From NCBI RefSeq assembly GCF_009914755.1, contig NC_060925.1: a stretch of DNA of 64,000 nt; one strand, written 5' to 3'. This document shows positions 13,769-27,520 of the stretch, piece after piece. The stretch is from the human T2T-CHM13v2.0 reference genome, Homo sapiens. The notes under the pieces are model-generated. The model had not been told where the DNA came from. It saw nothing but the letters and a program-made list of their open reading frames with translations, and made no database searches. A program made the position numbers and the translations under genes. Positions within the stretch are counted from its first letter, which is position 1. Every line of letters begins with the position of its first letter.

Positions 13769-15469
13769 TTTGGACCCAGATGAGGGCAGAGGGAGTGGAG
13801 GCCATATGTGGGAGTGCTGTCATTCTTTCTGGCTGTGTGATTTGGGGCAGGTTATGTATGCTCTGTCAGCTGCCTCTTCTGTTGAACAGGGTGAAAACTA
13901 ACATTTCTTCAGACACTGCCTTAAATGTAATCATCGTCAGATCCTCCTGCCACCCACACTCGGACACTGAGGCACCGAGTATTCGGGTTCAGAGCACACG
14001 GTCACAGGCAGCCCAGGACTGATCCCTAGCAGTTCTCGCCCCCTTCCTGCCCCTGGGCCAGCCCTGCCTACCCCTCCATGCCAGCAACGTTTTGGCCTCC
14101 CTGACGAACTATGGAAGCAGATGATTCAAAGGCAGCCGCCAGTGTCCCCACCCCCACCACCCTGAATCCCTCTGTCCCCTGGCTTTTGACTCCAACCCTA
14201 ATTCAGGACCCCTCTTGCCCCCAGGCAGCTGATCTCTACAAACCTCCCACAGACCCTGCCCAGAGACCATTGATGACCCAGCCACTCGGACGAGAGTCCA
14301 AGCTCTTTGTCCAGCCATGTTAGGGCTCTGCCATAACCAGTCCAGGCCTGAAAAGACCACAGCTTTGTGCCACCCTGTCCCTCTGCTCTTGTCTTTTCCC
14401 CCCATTCTTCCTTGAACACCCATATTTTTCTACCCCCTGGCCTGCTGAGCTAGATCTTTTTCTAGGCTTGCGTTCTACCCCTCCACTCAACACCTGTTGA
14501 AATCAGACTGTCCCACCACCTGAGCCCCTGAGGAAAAAGTGAGAGGATGTCGGTTCAAGAGCCTATATCCCCCAAAGCGCTCTACAAACCCAACTCCTCA
14601 GGACTCAGATGCCCCTCCATCTAGGCTGTCAGCACCTGAGACCAATGGCTGCATCTTCATTATTGCCTCTTCCTCCAGCCCCAGCATCAGAGTGCAGGGC
14701 ACAGGGTAGACAATCACTCGATATCATGGAATTTTTCAGGGCTGAACTTCAGTGATGAGGAAGATGCTGGGCCCAGCCCCAGGTGTGCCTGCCCTCTGGC
14801 CCCAAGGTATTGCTGGAAGTCCTCACTGACCTAGGGACGATCTAAAGGCCTCTGGGGGACAAGCCAGCCCCCATGAAGGCCACCAAAGCTGGGGTGACTT
14901 TTTGCTGTGAGGACTGCAGAGGAGATAACCGTGGCGATTTATGGGACTGGTTGAGACTCAGAAGAAAATCCAGGAGAAAATCACTCAGCTGCTTGTCACA
15001 GAAAATGAGAACAGAAAAATTACTGGACAGTAAATTTAGCACAAATAAGAAATATTTCTTTGTGTTGTGCAGACTCAGCACAACACAAAGGGGCAGGGGG
15101 ATTGGGCATGTCCCTGAGATAAATAATATGAACATGTTTCCTTCCTTTCTTCCTTCCCTCCTTCCTTCTTCCTTTCTTTCTGCATAGTTTTATGACTGAT
15201 GACAAGTGTGCTGTGTGTGGTTGGGTGGAGGAGAGGATATTAACCCCAACATAATTCCCTGTGTAGGACCCTCCTCTCCTCGGTCCCACTATGCCTGTGC
15301 TGGGAGAGATGGGCCTGAGGAAGACAGTCATGGCCCAGAAAGCTCCATGCAGGGATGCAGGACCTGATTCAGTTACGCAATTAATTAAATATTCATTGGG
15401 CATCTGCTCTGTGCCGGGAACTATTGAAATGGAATGAACTCTGGATTGCGTGCAGGTGGGTTCGAGTAC

Positions 15470-15600
15470 TTCTCTTGCCACTTACTAGCTGTGTGGTTTT
15501 GGACAAGTCACTTCCCTCTCTGGGCCTCAGTTACCTCATCTATTAAATGGAGGGTAATCATATCTACCTTAAGGGTTGTGATGAGAATCAAAAGACAATG
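15470..15600 (+). mobile_element. MIR fragment
   Basis: gccacttactagctgtgtg...ggacaagtcacttccctctctgggcctcagttacctcatctattaaatgg MIR core. Confidence 0.75.
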
Positions 15601-16339
15601 ATGTCTGATATTTGGGTCGAGTCTTCTGAGTCCCTGCCCTCATGGGGCTTAAGTCTTAGCTCTTGAGGCCGCACACAAGGTGTAGGAGCTTCCCTGGACA
15701 ACAGACAGTTTTGCAGGATGCCAGCTCAAAGGCACCGCATCGCCACTCTCTACTTGGTCCTGGCTTCTTCCCTGTGCGCGCTCCTGTGGCTTCTTCGTAT
15801 TTCTACCAATTCCATCCCAAAGGGACCAGCAGCTGCTTCCTAGGAGGTTTCAGGGTATTACATGGTAGCTACTTTTCTGTAAAAGTGGAGAAGCTGTTTT
15901 ATTTAATGTTCCTGATCCCTACCCAAGATTACAGCACCCAGGAGAACCTCAGCATCTGAAAGGAGCCCCAGAGACTAATAGAGCATTCTCACACAGACTC
16001 TCAATCCACCGCCCTCTCCCCTGAGGCTCTGACTTAAGTGGCCTGGAGTGGAACCTGGGCATGGGGACTTCACTGCATGGCCATGAATGGATTGAGATTC
16101 AGACCTGCATCATTACAGGGGCCACAGCATGTGAGAGGGAAGCCCTGCCTTCTGTAGAGATGCAGCCATACCCTACAACAAATGTAAATTTCTGTCAAAC
16201 AGATGCAATAAAATTAAAGCTTTGGTCCTTCTTATACACTGTACTTCTGAACTGTGTATTATGGAACTTCTCTAAGCCTTCGTTTTCTCATCTGTAAAAT
16301 GGGGATAACAACACTACCTGTCTCATTAGATGGTGGTGA

Positions 16340-16672
<333 letters not shown>

Positions 16673-18135
16673 TGAGGATAAAATAAAATAATTCTTATGG
16701 GGTGAAGGACCCCATAAGGGTATGTGTTCCATTTTGCCACCTATTGTTACTGCCATGATTTCTACTTTAAGCCCATGCACGATAAGTTGGAACCTTCCTG
16801 CCCTGTAGCAAGATCCCAGGAATAGGCCATGTGAGATGCTCAGAGGAGGCTGGGGGCAGCCAAAGATGATCACAGAGTATCTAGGCATACGGGTCATTGT
16901 ATCTAAGTGTTGTGAGTCTAATTAGTGACAGTGAGCCTCGCCATCCCTTTGTAGCCTTTTGTCATCTTCATTAAAAAAAAGCCCTGAATTCAGGAAGTCT
17001 CATGGTACTGACCACTAACAGGAAGATTCTGGAGCCCCAGAGTGCACCCTGGGGGAGACGCACCTATCCTTACAGAATCTGGTTTCTCTGGGTGAGATTT
17101 ACTTGAATTGCGTTGTTTGTCTGTCTGTCTCTGAGCCAGACTATGAACTTCTGCTAACAGGGATCAGGCCTTAATCAACCTGGTCCTGCCATACCCTGAG
17201 GCTGAAAATACACGCTGGTGCCCTTTCCCCTGCAGTCAACCTCCTTCTCCAGCAAATCCTGTTTCGGAGCTGGGCATCTGCGGGACTTACTCACATCCAA
17301 CTAATAAGGATTCTTCTCATTTGAACTCTAATTTCTACTTTTAAAGTGACTTCCTGTGTCTGATGGAGTTAGATTCTTATGAGTGCCAGGAGACAAACAG
17401 GGGGCTACTTTTGGGCCCAATTCACAGGTGGATAAACTGAGATCAGAGGAATGAAGCAACTTCACCAAGGACACCTGCAGGTTAGTGGCAAAGCTGGAAG
17501 GGAATTCCTGGGTCTCCTGACTCCAGGTACTTCTCTTAGCCTTATGGCTTCGATGCACCTGACCTATGGGCTCAGGATCCGGAGTTTCCACCTACCTCTG
17601 ATTTCACAGCCCTTGCCATTTTGCCCACTTTTGACACTTAGTCACAACGGCTTGTAAACGTTTCACTTCAAGTCCGCCCCCCACCACTGGCTCTGGCAAG
17701 CACAGATGGTGCCTTATAGTTTCATTTGCACCTTTCCCTCCTCACCCGCACATCACAGGCTTAGAGAAGAGCAAAGAACATAATAAGTCTTTGAGTCAGA
17801 AAGACTCTAAGACTCAAATGTGGAATCTGCCCCATTATTGGCTTGTTTTGGAACAGTTTTCTTAACCTCTCTGAGCGTCAATTCTCCTATCTGCAGAAGG
17901 GCTTTGACAAGACCGATTTCACGGGTGCAGAGAAATGAGGTAAAGTTTGTGGGGTGCCCTGCACAGTGGCGCATGCTAAGAGGCTCTGCAGGTACAAGGA
18001 GTGACAGCAGGGGATGGCCCTCTGACCTCCCACCCCATCATGCCACGGTTGGGGACAGAACCTGGCCAGGTTTCCCAGCCCAGGATGGGGATACCCACTC
18101 TTCAGGGGTGTTTGAAGATAAAAACAGATAATGGG

Positions 18136-18432
18136 GGCCAGGCGCGGTGGCTCACGCCTATAATCCCAGCACTTTGGGAGGCCGAGGCGGGCGGATCATG
18201 AGGTCAGGAGATCGAGACCATCCTGGCTAACATGGTGAAACCCCGTCTCTACTAAAAAATACAAAAAAATTAGCCGGGCGTGGTGGCAGGCACCTGTGGT
18301 CCCAGCTGCTCAGGAGGCTGAGGCAGGAGAATGGTGTGAACCCAGGAGGTGGAGCTTGCAGTAAGCGGAGATTACGCCACTACACTCCAGCCTGGACAAC
18401 AGAGTGGGACTCCGTCTCAAAAAAAATAAAAA
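18136..18432 (+). mobile_element. AluY/Sc-like, inserted in a MIR
   Basis: Diagnostic gagatcgagaccatcctggctaa; TSD aaaaa(c/g)agataatggg. Confidence 0.92.
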
Positions 18433-20084
18433 GAGATAATGGGTGTGTACAAAGTGCCTGGCACACAGTGGGAGCTCAGTAGTGTGTAGACTTTCTGAGA
18501 ACTCCTCACTTCACAAAATGATAATGATGTAACACATGCATGAAGCATACAGTTTAGAGAGCTCTTTGCACTTGCATGATCTGGCTTAATCCTCAGAACA
18601 ACCTTGCACAATACGGGCAGAATTATTACCAATTCTATTTTGCAGATAATGACGTTGCGGCTCCAATAGGTCACATGGCTAGAGATTTTCTGAGTGCATC
18701 TGATGCAAAGTCCCTTCTCAATCTACCTTATCCCAGTGCCTCTGGGGTTCCTGTCATATAGAGAGCTTCCCACCTCTTTCAGGAGTTTCTTCTTTGGTAG
18801 GCACTTCTGGCCTCTGCTTGAATATCTCTGGTGACAGGAAGCTCAGCACCCAGCAATCACTGGTGGAGAGCTCTAATTTTCAGAGTTAAAAAAAAAACTT
18901 TGAACCTAGTTCTGCCTTCAGAAGCACAAATCACACAGATCCTCCAATTTCTATAGGGCAGCCTTTCAAACCTCACCCCCGTCCAGCTTGTTTCCACTTT
19001 GATAGGAAGCACGGCAGGTAAGAATGAATCCTACGAAGGCGACAACTGCAATCCAAGTCCTGGTGTTGCTACTGTGTAATCACTGAGTAATCACAGCGAC
19101 CTCCCAGGGTGTGTGACACTCAAATGGGAAGGGCTTGGTACCTGGTAAGCGCTCAGTTTGTAGGCACTGATGGAATCAATATGAATCACAGTAGCTCATG
19201 ATCCAGGTAGGAGTGGCCAGCTTTCTACTCGCCAACCTTCCTTCCTTTGAGTCCCCAACTTTGAGCCCTGAGTCCTGCTGCTGCCAGCTCCACCCCCAGG
19301 CTCAGGCACAACTGGTGATGACATTGCAGGGTAAAAACTTAGAAAACAGGAAGTCACTGTTCTTAGGAAGGCAGTGGCAGCAGCTATGGGGGGGGGGTGG
19401 GGGCGGTGTCTGTGTTGGGCAGGGTGCTGGGTGTGATGCCGACCCATTGACCACAGCATCCAGGCACCCAGACCATCCCCCTCAGTGGGTTGCTCCCTTT
19501 CATCGAATAACTAACTTTCACTGCAGCAGAAAAGATATAGGCTAGACACACAGAGTAATAGTTATAACCACTGGTTGAAGATTTGTTCTGGGCCAGGAAC
19601 CACACGTGTGAGTTTTCTCATTCAGTCTTCACAGTGACTCTGATTTCACAGCTAGGGAAACTGAGGCTCAGAGAAGTTAATAACATGCCTAATGTCTACA
19701 GCCAGGGTTGAATCCAGGCACATCTGGATCCACAGTCCAGGTCTTAACCACCACTTGGTACTGACCTTCAAAGACTTGCTGATCCTCAGAGGTGGTGAGA
19801 GGGGTCCTCACCAGGCTGTGGAGTCCCTTCTCCCAGGATCGAACCATTATAGCAGGTCATATTCTTGACTCTACAATTAGCTTTCTTTCATTGAGGGCTG
19901 AGAGGCCGGCCTGGGGGGTTGACAGATACAGAAGGCCTGCTACCAAATGTGAGGCCAGGACTCACACTGCCCAGTGCTTATAGCAATGACCCACTGGAGA
20001 TACCTCAATCACCCTGAACTGCAGAACGACTCCAGCTAATTTACTGGCAACATATAATGTTTTACTACTCTCTTTAATTTGCTA

Positions 20085-20354
<270 letters not shown>

Positions 20355-20491
20355 TCAAATATTCATGTTTCATTGTAAAATTGGATCATTTGTTCAAAAC
20401 TACCTACAAATTATGTATTCCCATAGATAAGGGTTCTAAGGGAAGAGGGAAGAACAGGGCTGTATGATTTCTTAGGGGTAGTGCTTTATGA

Positions 20492-20890
<399 letters not shown>

Positions 20891-21061
20891 TTTGTGATCA
20901 TTTTTCTTTTCATTTTCAAGTAAATCAACTTAATATAAAAGTGCAGAAAAGTAGGAAAAAATCAGAATTGCCCATAATACCACTTTCAAACACAGCCATT
21001 ATTAATATGATGGCAGATGGCTGACCAAAGTCTTTGTTATTTATAAACTGTAATCATTTTA

Positions 21062-21397
<336 letters not shown>

Positions 21398-21650
21398 TTA
21401 GTATTATGTTATAATCTAAGACTTCATGTTATTTCATATATTCATATTTCATGTTACTTTGTCATTTTACTATTAATAAATATCCTTTTTAAAGGTTGCC
21501 TAATAAGCTTTCCACTATCTACATAACCATTCCCCATTGGTGCTCATTTGTTTCCAATTTTTCACCATTATAAATAATTCTAAGATGAACAGCTTCATTC
21601 CTAAAGCTTTTTACAGGATTGGAATTCCATCAATAATAGCTTGAAAAATG

Positions 21651-21940
21651 GGCCAGGTGCGGTGGCTCAGGCCTGTAATCCCAACACTTGGCGAGGCCAA
21701 GCTAGCAGGACTGCTTGAGCCCAGGAGTTAGAGACCAGCCTGGGCAACATGGCAAGACCCTCCCTCTACAAAAAATAAAAAATTAGCTGGGCATGATGGT
21801 GCATGCCTTAGTCACAGCTACTCAGGAGGCTGAGGTGCGAGGATCACTTGAGCCCAGGAGGTCAAAACTGCAGTGAGCCCTGACCGTGTCACTGCACTCC
21901 AGCCTGGTTGACAGAGTGAGACCCTGTCTCAAAAAAAAAT
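21651..21940 (+). mobile_element. AluJ
   Basis: ttgagcccaggag in both arms. Confidence 0.9.
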
Positions 21941-22074
21941 AAGTGAATAAATAATAATACTTTGAAAAATGAAAGCTAAGACTAATAGTCCAAGAGATAA
22001 ATCAGCAAAAGATATAAATAGGCAATTCGCAGAGACAGGAAAACAGATTACTTACAAACATATAAAAAGACATA

Positions 22075-22441
<367 letters not shown>

Positions 22442-23083
22442 TCACAGGTGGTCAGAGCGGGCTTCAGCTGTGCAGATCTGTCGGGGAAGGGCACTCCGGG
22501 CAGAGGAGCAGAGGTGGAAAGGCTGTGTGGTGGACCTGTGCCCAGTGTCTCTGAACTGCAAGCAGGGGTAGGTAGCATGAATGAGGGGAAGTTCTAGGAG
22601 ACTAGGAAAGAGGGCGACAAGCGTGTGGGGTTGTTAGGTAGAACTTCCTTGGCCAGTGGCTTTTACTCTGAATGAGATGGGGAACAGCTGCAGGGTTTTC
22701 TCTTTTGACAAGGACACATTATGTTTTTATTTAAAATATGGTAATAACATTTCAAAGAAAAAATTAAAGCCAACTGGAACAAGGCAAGGTTCACAGTTGC
22801 CTTGGGCCCCTGGGCTAACTGGAGATGCCCCGGCAAGCCCCAGGACAGGCTTCAAATCAGCCCTAAAATCCAGGCTATACTGCCAGCCTCCATTACCTGT
22901 CTGCATTCAGCCAAACATAGTCATTGTCATCTCTTCTTCCCCTGGTCCTCAAAACCAAGCTCTTCCTACTCTTGCCCCATAAACCACCCAGAAAGTGGTT
23001 GTTTGTCCTGAAAGGGTGAAACCCATTCACTCTTTTGCTCCTTCCTCATCCATTAACACTAATAATCCCTAAGCCTCCATTTC

Positions 23084-23968
<885 letters not shown>

Positions 23969-24324
23969 CGAGTGGTCATGTGGTGGCCATCCTTACTAGG
24001 AGAAAATGTCACGCACTGTGCTGGGCAGTGAGGGTGGAGGTGACAGACACAGATGTAGCCTCCCAGCCGAGCAGAGAGGTGGGCAAGGAAACAAATCATC
24101 CCACGAGAGAGGGGCACAGGGTGCTAAGGAAACATGAGGGAGGGACGATGCCTGCAGTCACGCTCTGGGAGTAAACAATGACAGGCAAGTGATCTCCTTT
24201 GGTGAGCAGGTTGCATGTTTCAGTTCCCTCCGCTCATTCCACCAAGAGCCCCCCAACGCCAGTGGACAAGTCTCTCAGGTTAGCAGACAACACTTGCTAT
24301 ATGCCAGGCACATAGAGTGTAAGA

Positions 24325-24522
24325 TACACACACACACTTGCATACATATGTGTATATACACACACATAAATAGAACAATACAAACATATATGTATGCATG
24401 TACATATATACATAGAGAGCAATATGTGTGTGTATGTGTGTGTGTGCATATATATATATTATAGATATATATTATATATATATATTATAGATATATATTA
24501 TATATATATATTATAGATATAC
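24325..24522. repeat. (CA)/(TG)/(TA) low-complexity tract with three copies of a ~22-bp AT-rich unit
   Basis: tatatatatattatagatatat repeated at about 24450-24520. Confidence 0.85.
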
Positions 24523-25146
24523 AGAGAGAAAGACACTTATTCTTACCTCTTGTTGCCAACTTGGACATGTAGCTTTCTCTGGCTGACTCCAGGGACTGAT
24601 GCTGTAACAATCATTGTCATACCAAACATTTGCTCTACACTTTCAGTTTACAAAACCCTTTTATATTTTTTATTTCATTTGATCCTAACAACAATTGAGT
24701 GAGGTAAGCCGGGTAGATCTTATTTGCTCCACTTTGCAGATAAAGAGACTGAAGGTCAGGGAGGTGAAGTGACTCTCCCGCAGTCAAACAGCTCATGTGT
24801 CAGAGCCTGGACGAGAAGCCAGGTCTTGCCGGGCCTTTGTTCTTTCTCACGCAGCACACTGCCCTCAAGTTTTGCTCTTGAAAATTAGCACCATTTCAAA
24901 AAAATCTACTTTCGAGCAAACCCCTTATGTCAAAATTCCAGGCAGTATTTTGCCATTTCTCTGAGAATTTAATTTTTTCTGAGGATAAACTCTCACAGTA
25001 TACAGAGAAAATAATGTAAATGTCCATCAACTAGGAACCTGATAAATTTTGGTGTATTCATATATAACCGTTAAAAAAAACACAACAGATAATTCTACAT
25101 GTGCTACCATGAAAGATCTTCAAGATAATTAGGTTTTAAAAAAGGT

Positions 25147-25449
25147 GGCCAGGTGCAGTGGCTCATGCCTGTAATCCTAGCACTTTGGGAGGCTGAAGCT
25201 GGAGGATTTCTCGAGCTCAGGAGTTTGAGACATAGCAAGACCCGTCTCTGCAAATAATGACAATAACAAAATTAGCTGGGTGTGGTGGCACACACCTGTA
25301 GCCCCAGCCCCCTCCTCCGGAGGCTTAGGTCGGAGGATCACCTGAGCCCAAGAGGTGGAGGCTGCTGTGAGCTGTGATCATGCCACTACCCTCCATCCTG
25401 GGCAACAGAGTTAGACCCTGCCTCAAAAACAAAAACAAAAACAAAAAAA
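25147..25449 (+). mobile_element. AluJ (diverged) among old L1M fragments
   Basis: Alu dimer with deletion; L1M-like 3' UTR sequence at about 25530-25660. Confidence 0.85.
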
Positions 25450-26289
25450 GCTCTAGATACTTGTGTATGAAAAAAACACTATGTAAGCTGCATATATATG
25501 TATATATACATAAAAATATATCTAGATGGAGTTTCTGTTTGGGATGGTGAAAATGTTCTGGAAATGGATAGTGCTGATGATTGTACAATAATGTAAATGT
25601 ACTTACTTCATGTCACTGAATTACACTTAAAAATGAAAATAGTAATGTTATATTATTTTACAAGAAAAAACACGTTAAAAATATATGTATATCTGGAGGG
25701 CCGCACACACAAAAATGTCATCCACGGTTACTTCTGCAGAGGAGCCACGGGAGGGGGAGGCTGGGTGAATTTCACTTATTTTCCACCTTACACCTTTTTG
25801 TGGTGTTTGGAACTCTAACTATGATAGTATATAATATTTATAATACTAAACAACCAAAACAAAAACAAATAACATGAACCCTTACATCAAAGAAGGTGTG
25901 TGCGGCAAGATTCTGGCAGGGCAGAAAGTGGAGGAACAGGGGCTGGCCCATTTAGCGAAGCGCTTTGCGCCCAGCCCTGGCTCAGTACATTTCTGGTGAT
26001 GACTTGCCGGGGTTTGGAAGGACCTCAGCTATACAGAACTTTCACGATAATGGTATTTGGTGAATATGGTTACATTTATATATGAACACAGAAAACCAAC
26101 TACTGCTGGTAAATAGCATGATCACTATTGTTATTATTATCCAGTGCTGTAAGGACGAGATGCTTTCACCAGCAGCCGAGTGAGATGAAAGCGCTTTTCC
26201 GATCCACCGAATCAGTCCCACTGCAACTGTAAGCTGGAGACCCTCTGGGCCTTGGGAGCTCAGGCTGCCTGGGCAACGCAAGGGAGGAC

Positions 26290-27520
26290 AGGGGCGGAGG
26301 GGGAGCCAGGAGGGCCGCACCTGCCTCGCTCGCTGGTCGCCCTCGCTCTGGGATCCGTCCTGCCGGTCCCAGGCTGTTGAGGGCGCCTCCTCAGAGTCCC
26401 TGTGGCCCCCGCAGCTTCCCCGGAAGAAACCCGTGCATCCATCGGCTAGCCCAAGCCCAAGCTCCTCCCGGAGCTCCCCGAGCCGGGGCCAGGCCTCCGC
26501 CCCTCGGTGCCCGCGCCTGGGCTCCTCCCGCTGCGGGCCGCCCGCCCGGACGCAAGGCACAGGGGGACGCCCCGCCGAGCCGCTGCCCACTGCACCGAGT
26601 TTTTCGGAGGCTGGGAGAGGAAATGCCACTTGGATTTTAAAACCGTCACCGATACGCTATAGGTGAATATTTCGCTGGGATTTTAAAGAGACGAGCTTCA
26701 GCCTGCTAAGCCGCGCTCACGCCGCCTCTCCGCCCTGGCCTCCCCGCGTCCGGCTTGGGGCCGGGTCCCTCCCGGGTCAAAGCTACGCCGGGTGCACTGC
26801 GGGCTGGGCAGCTCTCCCACTACGCCCAAAGCCCAGGCGGCCGGGACCGCCGTCCCAAAGTCACAAACCACACCCGTGAAGGACGCCCTCCGCAAGACAG
26901 AGAGGAGGCTGGGCCTGGGAAGGAACCTCCGGCCCTTCCTCACCATGCAGCCAAGGTGGGCTCCCAGCCCCGTGTTGCCGCCAGCCGCGGCTCCCGTGCG
27001 GTTACGGGAGCAGCAGCCCCGCCCCGCCGGCCCCCAGCTGGCTCCTCGCTCGAGGTTTCCTGTCGAGCGCTGCCATCCAGGGCCCGGGTTATCGCGCGTG
27101 ATCTCCCATCTGAGCTGCTCACACGCTGCCGCCCGCCCCCACTTGCGGTCCCTTGTCCCCGAACCGCACCCGCCCCCAGGCCCCCGCGCTGAGAGACCAG
27201 GGCGTGGATCTGCGCCGGGCTCCGGCGCTGGGGGCCGAGGGTCTGGTTTTTAGATATCAAAGGAGCCCGACACCAGGGTCCCCCAGACAGGCAAGGAGAG
27301 GGACCCGGCCTGGGGCCTGCCTTCGGTGGTGGGCACAGTGGCCAGGATCGGGCCTGGCTCCGGCTGGCCCGGCACACGAGCACGGCGACAGTGGCAAGAC
27401 TGGGAGGGCCGGCGCTGCCTCCTTGGGAAGCCCCGGAGAGACGCAACCCTGAGAGGCTGGGCCTTCCCACCCCCCGCCCCCTCCCCCTTCCTCAGATAGC
27501 AGGGAGGAAGCGCCAGGGGT
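26290..27520. promoter_or_regulatory. CpG island in intron 1, candidate promoter or enhancer
   Basis: About 1.2 kb, very GC- and CpG-rich, non-repetitive, with several GC boxes (ccccgcccc near 27017 and 27472). Confidence 0.85.
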
